Under the pieces are notes generated by a model that saw only the letters and a program-made list of their open reading frames with translations, was not told where the DNA came from and did not search any database. Source: a virus. From it: a DNA stretch of 64,000 bases. The position numbers were made by a program, and so were the translations under genes. The stretch lies in IMG/VR virus record IMGVR_UViG_3300044675_001894, positions 1 through 64,000 of that record; one strand, given 5' to 3'. Each line of letters begins with the position of its first letter. The stretch's first letter is position 1. Shown here one piece after another: positions 19,781-30,080 of the stretch.

Positions 19781-20029
19781 TCATCCTCCAAAGACGATAG
19801 CCATGGCAATGGATTTGCCAGTTGAGGCAGGTGTATAACCTAAAGCGGTGGTAACTGATGTACTGTCAATATTAGGAAAGTAAGCCAAAGAAGTCCATGC
19901 CGTGGAACCATTTCCAACTTTCATTTTATTTGTGTCAGATTCAACGGCTAATTCACCTGCGGCAAGAATAGAGTTAGCGGCAGTCCACTCAGCGGCTGTT
20001 CCTCTACGGATTTGAATTTGGTAATACAT
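19781..20029 (-). CDS. Short fibre segment (hyaluronidase/Mtd N-terminal-like)
   Basis: QIQIRRGTAAEWTAANSILAAGE; ends GKSIAMAIVFGG. Confidence 0.7.
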   Translation of the reverse strand: MYYQIQIRRGTAAEWTAANSILAAGELAVESDTNKMKVGNGSTAWTSLAYFPNIDSTSVTTALGYTPASTGKSIAMAIVFGG

Positions 20030-20241
20030 CAGGTAACCGTTCCTGCGTCTACAGGCCCCATAACAAAGAATTGAAGTGTATTAGGTCTACCACCGTCTAG
20101 TGCGGTAGTACTTGGCTCAATAGTAATTTCCGTAGTAGAGGTAACCAAAAGCCAGGCAGAACCATCATAGCGCCATGTCTTACCCCCAGAACTAAATAAC
20201 TGATTGGTTGTAGGAGAATTGGGAAAATCTATAGCCGCCAT
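20029..20241 (-). CDS. Short fibre segment (IDFPNSP type)
   Basis: [10 protein letters not shown]...[11 protein letters not shown]; LDGG near C-terminus. Confidence 0.65.
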   Translation of the reverse strand: MAAIDFPNSPTTNQLFSSGGKTWRYDGSAWLLVTSTTEITIEPSTTALDGGRPNTLQFFVMGPVDAGTVT

Positions 20242-20252
20242 TTAAGTTTCTC

Positions 20253-21188
20253 CTAGAAGGTAATACTGCCAGACGCAGTAAAAGTATAGACCCTATACCC
20301 AGTTGGGTTTGTTACTGTTGGGGAACCAGTAGTTGCTGATGCTAAAGCAAATGAGTCTGGATAGCGAATAACTACTACACCAGAACCACCATTTGCAGCA
20401 GTATTGCTTGGGTAGTTACTACCTCCACCACCTCCACCACCACGATTTGTTGCACCAGCACCCGAAGCAGAAACTCCATTTTTTGCTCCAGCGCCACCAA
20501 TACCACTACCTCCAGCGCCTGGACTTCCCGATGAGCCGCTACCAACGCCACCGCCACCGCCACCTGAATAGAATAATCCAGAGCCAGTTATAGATGAAGA
20601 AATACCAGTACCGCCCACACCGCCAGTGTTTCCGCCCGAACTTCCACCACCGTTACCACCAGCACCTCCACCGCCTGTTCCAGCAGCAGCACCGCTTCCA
20701 GCAAGTGTTCCAGTGCCACCACCATTGAGTCCTTGGTTTGCTGTTCCACTTGATGAAGTAACCGTGTATGAGCCACCACCACCGCAACCACCTGTCACAC
20801 CAGCGGCACCATTTTCACTCATTCCTCCAGCGCCACCAAGTGATGTTATTGTTGAAAAAACCGAGTTTCCACCAGCCGACCCGTTTGTTAGGTTGACACC
20901 TCTTGCTCCTGCACCGCCAACCGTTACTGTATATGAAGTTCCTGCGGTTACTGAAAACGCTGACTCTGCCGATGAGTTTGCTCCAGACGTAGCGCCAGAC
21001 ACATTGGTTCTAAAACCTCCGCCACCGCCACCTCCAGCGTATGCATCGCCGCCGCCTCCGCCACCAGCGATGACCAAGTATTCAACTGTAGGTGGGGCAA
21101 ATACTGTTGTACCTAAACCACCAAAAGCAGGGTTCAACCAAGTACCAATACTTGTATTTAGCCTACTGCGTACACCAAATGCAGTCAT
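20253..21188 (-). CDS. Glycine-rich fibre/tip protein
   Basis: VEYLVIAGGGGGG...YRVYTFTASGSITF. Confidence 0.75.
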   Translation of the reverse strand: MTAFGVRSRLNTSIGTWLNPAFGGLGTTVFAPPTVEYLVIAGGGGGGDAYAGGGGGGGFRTNVSGATSGANSSAESAFSVTAGTSYTVTVGGAGARGVNLTNGSAGGNSVFSTITSLGGAGGMSENGAAGVTGGCGGGGSYTVTSSSGTANQGLNGGGTGTLAGSGAAAGTGGGGAGGNGGGSSGGNTGGVGGTGISSSITGSGLFYSGGGGGGVGSGSSGSPGAGGSGIGGAGAKNGVSASGAGATNRGGGGGGGSNYPSNTAANGGSGVVVIRYPDSFALASATTGSPTVTNPTGYRVYTFTASGSITF

Positions 21189-21192
21189 AGAA

Positions 21193-21564
21193 CTACGCCG
21201 TTATACGATTGACGTACCCAAAGATTGAGATTTGGCTTCCTGTTGCGGCAAATGCCCGAATTACCTTGGGTGTTGCGTTTCCCTGAACTAAAAGACCAGC
21301 AACTACAAGGACTAAACCATTTTGAGCAGTCAAGGTCTGTTTAATTACATCTTTAGGTGCGGTAACTCCACCATACTCAATGGTTAGAAGGATAGAAGAA
21401 GAATGATTATTGTAGGCGTATAGCCAAACTTCATCAACCGTTGTGGTAGTTGATGACGCAGTGTGGATTGCTGTACCTGCTGTGGCAGTAGCCGCAACCA
21501 AAATACCAAGACCGTCACCCGTGGTTCCCGCTGGTTGTAACGCTAATTTACTTAATGATGGCAT
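21193..21564 (-). CDS. Fibre adaptor-like protein, type B
   Basis: Clear paralogue of 16279..16650, both 123 aa. Confidence 0.7.
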   Translation of the reverse strand: MPSLSKLALQPAGTTGDGLGILVAATATAGTAIHTASSTTTTVDEVWLYAYNNHSSSILLTIEYGGVTAPKDVIKQTLTAQNGLVLVVAGLLVQGNATPKVIRAFAATGSQISIFGYVNRITA

Positions 21565-21577
21565 AAGTTACTCCTTA

Positions 21578-21931
21578 TTAAGACCATATCTGTGTTGCTA
21601 AAAAAACTTGATCGTTAAACGCATCAAAACCGCTTCCTGTAGAAGCCGCAGTTAATCTGCCTTGTGCATCAACAGTAATGTTTGCTGTTGTGTAAGTGCC
21701 CGCTGTAACAGCAGTACTTGCAAGTTTTTCAGCAGTTACTGCCCCTGCGTTAATTTTGACCGTAGTAACAGAGTTACTTGCCAATTCAGTAGCACTAATA
21801 GAACCACTAGCAATACTTAAAGTAGCAGGGGTCTGGACAATATCCCAAGACGTTCCGTTAAAAGTCCAAGCCTTACCATTTGATTCAAAGTAAGCATTGT
21901 TTGCTGGGGAGTTAGGGAAATCTATAGCCAT
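21578..21931 (-). CDS. Short fibre segment (IDFPNSP type)
   Basis: MAIDFPNSP; ANITVDAQGRLTAAS; ends DQVFLATQIWS. Confidence 0.65.
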   Translation of the reverse strand: MAIDFPNSPANNAYFESNGKAWTFNGTSWDIVQTPATLSIASGSISATELASNSVTTVKINAGAVTAEKLASTAVTAGTYTTANITVDAQGRLTAASTGSGFDAFNDQVFLATQIWS

Positions 21932-23040
21932 TATGCAATCACCAAACTTCCAGAGGCTGTAAACGTGCGAACTGTGTATGAACCAGAAGTTGTTGCTGTT
22001 CCGCCAGTGATTGTTAAACCAGAAGCATCAGCCGTTAAATATTTACAAATAACAACACCCGAACCGCCAGCGCCACCAGTTACCGCACTTGCAGTCGCAC
22101 CACCAGCAGCACCACCATTTCCCCTATTCGCTGTACCAGCAACACCGTTGCCATCGTTGGGTTGTGCGCCAACACCACCAACTGCATAAGTCACACTTGA
22201 ACCAGTAATTAAGTTCGCTGTACCAGCACCAGCAAGCCCTCTGGTATTGCCTGCTGCGTTACCACCGACCCCACCTGCACCACCACCACCACCACCTGAT
22301 GAGTTAGCACCATCAAAGCCGTTACCACCATTGTTGCCTTGCGATGGACTAACACTTGGCGTGTTACCCGCACCACCCGTGCGTGTCGCACCAAGATAGT
22401 CACCTCCACCACCGCCACCTGAACCACCAGCACCACCATTACTTGATGGCATACGACCACCACCAAAACCGCCACCAGTAGAGGTAATTGAACCAAAAAC
22501 AGAATCACTACCTGCGGCTCCGCTGGCACCAGTATTTGCACCTCCAGTACCACCACCACCCACAGTCACCGTAGATGTAGTACCAATAGTTAGCGACAAA
22601 GTTCCTGTGCGATAACCGCCAGCGCCAGCGCCACCAGCGCCACCGTTGTTAGCGTTTGAACCACCGCCACCTCCGCCTCCTGCGACGACAAGGTACTCAA
22701 CAAAAAGCGTGTCCGTATGTGTGAATCCACTTGACCATACAGAACCTAGCCAAACTTTCATTTTATTGGTGTCAGTTTCAAATATAGTTTGACCAGTAAA
22801 TGGTGACACAGGTTTTGTGCTAGAAGTACAAATAGTGACACCAGATAGTGCTGAATCAAGTTTTGCTTGCGTCACAGCGTTTGCCGCAATCTTGGCTGTA
22901 GTAACGCCCAAGTCTGGTAGTTGGGCCGTAACAATCTTACCGCCAGTCATTTCCCATACAGAACCAGTCCATGTATAGGTACGGTTGTTTACTGTGTATG
23001 TGTCATTAACAGCGGGGGAAGCAGGGAAGGAGAATGCCAT
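21931..23040 (-). CDS. Glycine-rich fibre protein (FSFPASP + CTSSTKP + Gly-rich)
   Basis: Three recognisable modules shared with neighbouring genes. Confidence 0.75.
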   Translation of the reverse strand: MAFSFPASPAVNDTYTVNNRTYTWTGSVWEMTGGKIVTAQLPDLGVTTAKIAANAVTQAKLDSALSGVTICTSSTKPVSPFTGQTIFETDTNKMKVWLGSVWSSGFTHTDTLFVEYLVVAGGGGGGGSNANNGGAGGAGAGGYRTGTLSLTIGTTSTVTVGGGGTGGANTGASGAAGSDSVFGSITSTGGGFGGGRMPSSNGGAGGSGGGGGGDYLGATRTGGAGNTPSVSPSQGNNGGNGFDGANSSGGGGGGAGGVGGNAAGNTRGLAGAGTANLITGSSVTYAVGGVGAQPNDGNGVAGTANRGNGGAAGGATASAVTGGAGGSGVVICKYLTADASGLTITGGTATTSGSYTVRTFTASGSLVIA

Positions 23041-23228
23041 TATATATCTCCGTTTTCTTCAGGTGCCCATTCTTCGGCGGTGTTACCTTCAGCAACCCAC
23101 GCATCGTATGCGGCTTTGTTTGGGTTGTCGTCAGTTAGGGGAAATGACTTAACAGCACCGTCTGCTAATGGTTGCAGGATGTGGCGTTGCACTTGCCCGA
23201 ATGATTCAAGGTCAATATAATAAAACAT
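23040..23228 (-). CDS. Small fibre-assembly-like protein
   Basis: FP..D.N....Y.AWVAEGNT; follows a receptor-binding-like gene. Confidence 0.55.
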   Translation of the reverse strand: MFYYIDLESFGQVQRHILQPLADGAVKSFPLTDDNPNKAAYDAWVAEGNTAEEWAPEENGDI

Positions 23229-24439
23229 TATAACTCCGCACTGATTTCCACATAACCATTAATGTTGTTGTCACTCAATAACCGACCGAATGTCGCTGTG
23301 ACAGAAGTAGCAATGGTCCCATATACCGAAGCAATATCAGGTGTCGTGCTGTATGTGCCTATTCCCAAAGCGGTAATTGAATGCGAAACATTGGCTGCTG
23401 TGTTTATCATCAGATTTTGGTAAGTGAGTGAGGTTGGTATTGCTCTCATTGTTACTGGAAGAGGTAATAAACATTCTACAAATGTTTGTTGCACTGCCCC
23501 TAGTGCGTGAGCAGCGTAAGCAAGACCTGTCGTGGAAGCGTTTGTTCGGAAAAGGTATCTCTGACATTTTGCGAGTGTTGTGCTGTGGTCTTCAAACTCA
23601 AATGGTGTAGCGACAGCACCAGCCTCAAACTGGACTCCAGTAACCTGCCAATAGTTACCCACCGTAGATGCAACATTGGGTTGACCAACATATCGGTTTG
23701 CGTTTGTTGTTGTCGCCCAAACAGTACTCAGCGTTCCAGATGTGTAATTACTTCCAGCGACCAAAGCAAACTGAACAAATAGGCTAATTTGATTGTCGTT
23801 ATCAAAAGCACCTGTTGTGTCAGCAGGAAAAGTTATGATCTTCTTTTCCCAAGTCGCTGAAGCAGAAATCGTATATGGTGCCGATACCGTGCGTGTGTTA
23901 TCTGGGTCGGACAAGTTCGCAATATATGTTCCAGTCACATTTGATTTTACCCAAAACGACAAAGTGAAAGGTTTTGCAGACGCAGTACCTTTTGCGAAGT
24001 GTTGAAGATTTTGACCCTCTATGCGTTGTTGAAGAGTCAATATGTCACCAGCATCAGGAGAGGCATCGGCAGTAGTGCAAAGCATCTTTAGCGATTTTCT
24101 AAATCCTGTACCTGTTGGTGCATCATTTTCCACAGATTGAGTCCAAGTTCCAGCAGTTATAAGTTGTAAGGCAAAACGGTCAGCCGTGAAATAGGTGTTA
24201 GCGGTAATTGATGCTGAAGAGGTTCCACGTTGATGTATCTGCATGGCACCGTTGTGGATCACATTACGGTTACGGTTACGGTCAAGTCCAGACCATGAGG
24301 TTCCATCCCAAACGGCAGATTGGTCTACATCTGTCATGTAAATGACTTGCCCAATATATGGTGACGCAGGACGAGTAGACGACGTGCATACACCTGGTTG
24401 CATGATTGATGATGAGCCAATAACAGATGAAAGAGGCAT
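23228..24439 (-). CDS. Fibre protein with carbohydrate-binding-like domain
   Basis: CTSSTRP module; RNVIHNGAMQIHQRG, QRIEG, TLSFWVKS, GVQFEAGAVATPFE, CQRY. Confidence 0.75.
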   Translation of the reverse strand: MPLSSVIGSSSIMQPGVCTSSTRPASPYIGQVIYMTDVDQSAVWDGTSWSGLDRNRNRNVIHNGAMQIHQRGTSSASITANTYFTADRFALQLITAGTWTQSVENDAPTGTGFRKSLKMLCTTADASPDAGDILTLQQRIEGQNLQHFAKGTASAKPFTLSFWVKSNVTGTYIANLSDPDNTRTVSAPYTISASATWEKKIITFPADTTGAFDNDNQISLFVQFALVAGSNYTSGTLSTVWATTTNANRYVGQPNVASTVGNYWQVTGVQFEAGAVATPFEFEDHSTTLAKCQRYLFRTNASTTGLAYAAHALGAVQQTFVECLLPLPVTMRAIPTSLTYQNLMINTAANVSHSITALGIGTYSTTPDIASVYGTIATSVTATFGRLLSDNNINGYVEISAEL

Positions 24440-24448
24440 TAGTACTCC

Positions 24449-25057
24449 TTAACCAACCAACTGTATGGAAAATTGAGTAAATCTATCGCTAGTAAAGTTG
24501 TACAAAGCACCTTGATTTATACGGAAAACAATATAATCATTAGCGTTTAACGAAACAACACTATCTATAGCCACTGTGTCATATGTTGAGGCTTCTCTGT
24601 AGGCATGACCCCAGTTGTTTGATGAACTTGGTGTGTCGGTGTTAATACCAACAGTAACACGACCAGCACCAGAACCAGTATTAAAGAATGGATTAATAGT
24701 AATTCTATAAACACCAGCAATAGGGACTGTGAAACGTCTTGTTGTGGCGTTGTATGTAATTCCACGAGAAACCCAAAATTCATCAAACGGGATAATTTGG
24801 TCAGAAGCCAAAGCACCAGTAGCAAAAGAACCAACACGACCAGAAATAATTGGTTGGTTAGCCATGTTGACATAACCAGCACTGCTGATAACTAAACTAG
24901 TTGCTGAGGCAACAGATATCCAAGCAGAACCATTCCAAACTCTAACTGCACTAGTGTCTGTTTCATAAATAACCATACCTACATATGGGTTAGCAGGACG
25001 ATTAGTAGAAGTACAAACTCCTGGGCGCATGCCCTTATCTGATGCTGAAATACTCAT
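24449..25057 (-). CDS. Fibre protein with C1q-like domain
   Basis: CTSTNRP module; YNATTRRFTVPIAGVY, VSLNANDYI. Confidence 0.7.
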   Translation of the reverse strand: MSISASDKGMRPGVCTSTNRPANPYVGMVIYETDTSAVRVWNGSAWISVASATSLVISSAGYVNMANQPIISGRVGSFATGALASDQIIPFDEFWVSRGITYNATTRRFTVPIAGVYRITINPFFNTGSGAGRVTVGINTDTPSSSNNWGHAYREASTYDTVAIDSVVSLNANDYIVFRINQGALYNFTSDRFTQFSIQLVG

Positions 25058-26070
25058 GCTATTACCAAACTACCAGAGGCTGTAAACGTGTGAACTGTGT
25101 AAGTTCCTACTGTTGTTTTTGTTCCACCAGTAATGGTGTAGCCAGTTGCATCTGTTGTTGTATAACGGCAAATTACAATACCTGAACCGCCAGCACCACC
25201 GTTACCACCACCAGTTGCACCGCTTCCAATTCCACCCTGACCACCTCCGCCACCACCAGTGTTTGCAGTCCCTGCTGTACCAGCAGCACCTTTACCACCT
25301 GCTCCACCTCCACCAGTGCCCCCCGAGCCAGCAGAACCAGAAGAAGCGTTGTAAAGACCACCGCCTCCACCGCCAGCAAAATATGTTGCAGTGCCATTTA
25401 TAGATGTTTGAACGCCAATACCACCGTTCCCAGTTGTACCACCTGTTGCACCAACAGCACCTGCTCCGCCGCCGCCACCACCTCGGTAGATTTGAGTAGT
25501 GCTACCCTGACCACCTGCGTAACCTTGTCCTGATGTTCCAGAAGCACCAGCAATATTGTTTTCGCCACCGCCACCGCCACCAGAGCCACCAGCAGACGGA
25601 TAATATCCTGCGTCGTAAGGACCACCACCTCCACCACCTAGTGAGATTATTGTGCTGAAGACTGAGTTTTGACCTACAGTGCCCGTTTGGTATGTTCCGT
25701 CACCAGACCCTCCTGCACCACCAGCACCAATAGTTACTGTATGTGTTCCTATTGGCAAACCTAAAACAGATTCAATGGTGCTACCACCACCAGTTGATTC
25801 GCCAACAACGGATGATCGGTAGCCGCCTGCGCCTCCACCACCAGCATATGGTCTTCCACCGCCACCACCGCCAGCAACAACAACATATTCAATAGCAAGA
25901 GTGACTGAGTGTTTAAAACCTGCAGACCATGCAGTGCCAAGCCACGCACGTACTAATTTTGTATCAGTTTCAAATATTGTTTGACCTACAAAAGGTGAAG
26001 CAGGGCGAGTAGTACTAGTGCAAACACCTGTTCTAATAGAACCAAGACCGTAGGCAGAACTAAGACCCAT
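25054..26070 (-). CDS. Glycine-rich fibre protein with CTSTTRP module
   Basis: CTSTTRPASPFVGQTIFETDT, Gly-rich domain, HTFTASGSLVIA. Confidence 0.75.
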   Translation of the reverse strand: MGLSSAYGLGSIRTGVCTSTTRPASPFVGQTIFETDTKLVRAWLGTAWSAGFKHSVTLAIEYVVVAGGGGGGRPYAGGGGAGGYRSSVVGESTGGGSTIESVLGLPIGTHTVTIGAGGAGGSGDGTYQTGTVGQNSVFSTIISLGGGGGGPYDAGYYPSAGGSGGGGGGENNIAGASGTSGQGYAGGQGSTTQIYRGGGGGGAGAVGATGGTTGNGGIGVQTSINGTATYFAGGGGGGLYNASSGSAGSGGTGGGGAGGKGAAGTAGTANTGGGGGGQGGIGSGATGGGNGGAGGSGIVICRYTTTDATGYTITGGTKTTVGTYTVHTFTASGSLVIA

Positions 26071-26408
26071 TAGGCGGTTTGCTTCTCCCAGCCAACGGCT
26101 GTAACTGTTACTTTGGCGGCTGTATCTGACAAACCTTGCAGTGTCTCACCAGCGGTTAATACGATGGCGGTGTCAAACACCATGAGATCGTTTGCGCCAA
26201 TAGGAAGAGCCGACATCAAACGGTTAGCGGCTGTTGCGGCTGAACCAATAGCCAACGTTACAGTACGGTCAATGGTGTCAGTGTTACAGATAATAATCTG
26301 TTTAATGATGTCAGCGTACCCTGTAGCGGCTGTAGCAATGACTGTGGTCGTTGTTCCTAGTTGAACTGGGCCACCAAGCCGTGCTTCGTTTCTGTCTCCG
26401 ATTGCCAT
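26070..26408 (-). CDS. Fibre adaptor-like protein, type A
   Basis: IIKQIIICNTD...IGAND...IVLTAGETLQG. Confidence 0.7.
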   Translation of the reverse strand: MAIGDRNEARLGGPVQLGTTTTVIATAATGYADIIKQIIICNTDTIDRTVTLAIGSAATAANRLMSALPIGANDLMVFDTAIVLTAGETLQGLSDTAAKVTVTAVGWEKQTA

Positions 26409-28724
26409 TTACGCTCCTATAGCCATAGTTACTAGTGCTCCTTCAGATGAAGTATTTAAACCACCGCCACCTGCCGCAATTGTTTCCCATTTTACTCCAT
26501 AGGTTGCGGCTGGATCAACGGTAAGAACTTGTCCTGTTGTGCCAACTGACAACTTGGCGGCAGTATTATCTGCGCTACCAACAAACATGTCACCTTTAGC
26601 ATCTAAAAGATTAAGTAAGTTGTTTACAGGTACAGCACCAACTTCTGTCCATGCACTGCTGTAATAGATGTAGGTACCACCGTTAAGAGAATTAAACCAA
26701 ACTTGTCCTGTTACGGGGCTGGATGGGGCGGTATCTGAAACAATTGCTGTTGGGGCAAGTCCACCAACTTCAACCCAGAATGAGTCGTAGTAGATGTACG
26801 TACGAGCCGTGTCTGACTCAAACCAAAGGTTTCCTGAACTAGGTGATGCTGGAGGTGTTTGAGAGACAGTAACACTGGCTCCACCGCCTCCCGCTGATGC
26901 GGCTGTCCATGCGGAGCCGTTATAGGTAAGGACATCTCCAGCGGAAGCGCCACTTGTATTGACGTCATAAATATCGTCAAGAACAACACTTGCCATTGCT
27001 GTTGAGTGGTCTAGTGCATCATGGCGAGCGTCGGTTAAGTACTGAGTGTGGTCATCATCTGCAAGACCAGTCATTGACCCGTGGTCGGAAACAGGTGTTG
27101 AAGGGATTGCATCACCGCCAGAAGAGACACGGCGTAAGTCGTAAATACCACGAATAGCAGCATTTACAGAGTTAGTGAATGAATCGGTTCCTTGGAATAC
27201 AACCTTATGCAATGGGCGGAATTCAAAGATTGGGAATCCGTCAAGGTTAAGGTCTTCCCAAATAGCCGCTTCTGCTTCGCCAATGGTGTTGTATGAAGCC
27301 TGCCCCATGATTGCAATGACTGGCTCATTCAGGTTGTTCGTAGCAATAATCCAAGAGATAGCAAACTTATTGTTATCAATGTCTACCGTTGACCAGTTTG
27401 GTGCGCTGTACGAGTTATATCTTGGGCGAGAAGTACCTTGTTTAAATGCAAACTCTGTTGCTACATCTTTAGTCCAATGCGAGTTCAGTTTGTAGAAAAC
27501 TGGAATCTCAGCATTGCCTTCAAGTACCTGTTGCCAAGTATTTGCTGTAGGGGTGTTTGAATGAACAATGTCAACCTGGAGGTCTTCGTCAAAGAATGTT
27601 CCACCAGCAAGGTCAAACTTGGCATGAGCATCAGATGAGCCGTTGCCAACAATTGAGTAGTTTGATACACCAAAACCGTTCGCAATGACAGCACCACGAG
27701 TTCGGTGAAGATATTCGTGTGTTGCCCAGTCAAGGGTTATACCGTGTCGTTCATCGGCAAAGAAGTATGCCTTATTGTCTACTTCGTTCCAGTAGATATA
27801 GGCAGTTGGGGTATCAGTATCCCAAGTGAAATATGTTGTCTTGTACGCCAGAGCACCTGAAGAGTTAAAATAAATGTAGTAAAGACCAGAAGTGTCTGGA
27901 ATAGTAACCGTTGAAGTGGTTGTTTTTACAAAGCGCTTTCCAGCACACCACACGGTGTATGAAGCAGAAACTGGAGCAATAGAGAATGTGCGTGTGCCTT
28001 CATTAAAGGAAATTACGCTGTCGTCTTTGTTCTCGTGACCCATCGGTTCATTTGATGGGCGAACTGTGTTAACCCAGTTTGTTCCGTTGTATACAAGTAT
28101 TTGACCATTGGTTGCTGATGTAATGGTAACGTCAGTAAGACCATCAAGGTTGGTAGCACCAACAGTTGAGGAAGCAACGTTTACCCATGCTGTTCCGTTC
28201 CACTGGATTAGATCACCGTTTGATGGAGAAGGTGCGGTTACGTTTCCAATGTCATCTAGGCTTGCAACACCACCAGAACCACCTACTTCAACCCATGATG
28301 AGTCATAGTAAACGTAGGTTCTGGCGTTAGTGGAGTTAAACCAGAGGTCGCCCACTTCTGGTGATGCAGGCGCTGTATCAGAAACAGTAAGTGAGGCACC
28401 ACCTGATGCGGCAACATCTCCTGGAACAAACTTGACACCGTTAAAGACAAGTGCTTGAGTTGTTGTTGCACCTGTAGTGTCAATTTCAATGTTGTCTACG
28501 AATAGAGCAGGAGTTTTAAAAGTGTCATCTGTCTTTAGAACATCAGCAGAATCACGATAAAGGTTTACGTCCCCAGCAGATGCGCCAGAACCCCAAGTAA
28601 GACGACCGCCTGCTTCAACTTTTAAGCGAGAAAAGGTATCTTGGTCAACATAAACGGTGACAGCATCAGAACCAGCAGACGCAAGTTGCTTGACAGTAAT
28701 AGGTACTGTAAATTTCTGTGCCAC
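26409..28724 (-). CDS. Long tail fibre protein
   Basis: Three VS.T.P.SP..G.(L/V)WF...YY.S.W.EVG repeats, L.D..DV....G..L.YNG..W repeats, AKGDMFVG; ends GALVTMAIGA. Confidence 0.8.
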   Translation of the reverse strand: MAQKFTVPITVKQLASAGSDAVTVYVDQDTFSRLKVEAGGRLTWGSGASAGDVNLYRDSADVLKTDDTFKTPALFVDNIEIDTTGATTTQALVFNGVKFVPGDVAASGGASLTVSDTAPASPEVGDLWFNSTNARTYVYYDSSWVEVGGSGGVASLDDIGNVTAPSPSNGDLIQWNGTAWVNVASSTVGATNLDGLTDVTITSATNGQILVYNGTNWVNTVRPSNEPMGHENKDDSVISFNEGTRTFSIAPVSASYTVWCAGKRFVKTTTSTVTIPDTSGLYYIYFNSSGALAYKTTYFTWDTDTPTAYIYWNEVDNKAYFFADERHGITLDWATHEYLHRTRGAVIANGFGVSNYSIVGNGSSDAHAKFDLAGGTFFDEDLQVDIVHSNTPTANTWQQVLEGNAEIPVFYKLNSHWTKDVATEFAFKQGTSRPRYNSYSAPNWSTVDIDNNKFAISWIIATNNLNEPVIAIMGQASYNTIGEAEAAIWEDLNLDGFPIFEFRPLHKVVFQGTDSFTNSVNAAIRGIYDLRRVSSGGDAIPSTPVSDHGSMTGLADDDHTQYLTDARHDALDHSTAMASVVLDDIYDVNTSGASAGDVLTYNGSAWTAASAGGGGASVTVSQTPPASPSSGNLWFESDTARTYIYYDSFWVEVGGLAPTAIVSDTAPSSPVTGQVWFNSLNGGTYIYYSSAWTEVGAVPVNNLLNLLDAKGDMFVGSADNTAAKLSVGTTGQVLTVDPAATYGVKWETIAAGGGGLNTSSEGALVTMAIGA

Positions 28725-28772
28725 GACCTCAATCGCTTCCTATGTTGTGACCCCTCAAGGTCTATTTAATTA

Positions 28773-30071
28773 CTAACCTACTACAACAATAGTGTAATCG
28801 TTAGCAGAGATGGTGCCGTACAAGACAACTGAGAGAGTGTCTGCGTTAGCACGGGTCACGTCCCCAATTACCGTTGCACCAGTTGATACTTCGTAAATCT
28901 GCACGTTTACATCTGTTGTATTAAAGTTGTGAGTAACTGTGGTGGTTGATACACCTGTGCTACTTGCGGCACAACCCTGCTTGGCAATACGAGCAAGTGT
29001 TGAGGTTGATGTTGTGACTGCACCAGCACTGGTTTTAATACCAAGGTTCGTACGAGCAGTTGCCGCATCACTTGCGCCAGTACCACCGTCTGTAACAGCA
29101 ACGTCTGTACCGTTCCATACACCCGTGGTGATCGTACCAAGGGTTGTAATGCTGGATTGACCAACGTAGTTGGTAGAGATGTCTACAGCGTCTGAACTGA
29201 CCGAGATACGGTCTGTTGTACCTACAACGTTGAGGGTGTTCCCAGTCTTGGTAAGACCGTCACCAGCAAAAATGGATCCAGCAACCGAGAACAAAGCCCA
29301 TGTGAGACCAGTTACACCTACGTTGATGGTTCCGTTGGTGGTGAGTACCCAACCGCTGTCTGCGTTGAGTGTTCCTTCTTCAACAAAGGTGAATGCACCA
29401 GGAGTTACTTCTGCGTTAGAGTCAAAGTCTGTTGCACGAACTGCGGCACCTGAAGCCTGAACAACGTAGATACCATTCTCAGATGCTGTGCTCTGGTCTT
29501 TAACGAGAACACGGTCACCAGCAACAAGCGTTACGTTGGTGTCAAGAGTATCGCCAGCCTCAAGTTGGTTTGCAAGGTTTACAGGGCCAGTAGTTGCGGC
29601 ACGAACTGATTGCTTAACATCAAGCCCTGAACGAGCAGCGTCTACATAACCTTTAGTTGCGGCGTGTGCGTCATCGGTAGGAGTGCCAAACTTGGCTTGA
29701 CCGTTAGCGTCACGGATAACCAACTTGTTGGCGGTTGCTTCTGAAGTAGCATCTGCCAACTTTGAGAAGTCTGAAGCCGATAGAAGACCAGCACTTGCTG
29801 AAGTAGCAAGGTTTGGTGTAATGGTAATAGCACCATTAGATTCGTTAATAGTAAGGGCGGTTGACTGGGAACCAGCAGAGGTAACCCCAGTGATCATCTT
29901 TCGCCATGCGGAGGCGGTAGCGTCGTAAACCTTAATAGTACCTTCAGTGCTATTAAAGATCATGCGACCATCAAAGTTGCCCGTGTTAGGGTCGGTGCCT
30001 ACAACCTCAAACGTGCCGTTAAGCAGTTGATTCTGATTGAGGTCAATATTAGTTAGAAACTTTTGAGCCAT
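28773..30071 (-). CDS. Tail fibre/baseplate-proximal protein
   Basis: AATKGYVD..GLDVKQSVRAATT, GDRVLVKDQ..SENGIY, FTFVEEG, VTHNFNT. Confidence 0.75.
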   Translation of the reverse strand: MAQKFLTNIDLNQNQLLNGTFEVVGTDPNTGNFDGRMIFNSTEGTIKVYDATASAWRKMITGVTSAGSQSTALTINESNGAITITPNLATSASAGLLSASDFSKLADATSEATANKLVIRDANGQAKFGTPTDDAHAATKGYVDAARSGLDVKQSVRAATTGPVNLANQLEAGDTLDTNVTLVAGDRVLVKDQSTASENGIYVVQASGAAVRATDFDSNAEVTPGAFTFVEEGTLNADSGWVLTTNGTINVGVTGLTWALFSVAGSIFAGDGLTKTGNTLNVVGTTDRISVSSDAVDISTNYVGQSSITTLGTITTGVWNGTDVAVTDGGTGASDAATARTNLGIKTSAGAVTTSTSTLARIAKQGCAASSTGVSTTTVTHNFNTTDVNVQIYEVSTGATVIGDVTRANADTLSVVLYGTISANDYTIVVVG

Positions 30072-30080
30072 TAAGATTCC

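Noticed and set aside
18496-22189. Pro-rich + strand ORFs (18496, 20626, 21965 and similar)
   Set aside because: Antisense shadows of Gly-rich GGN codon runs
15331-26070. Diversity-generating retroelement acting on fibre genes
   Set aside because: No reverse transcriptase, and paralogous ends differ at all base types rather than only at adenines
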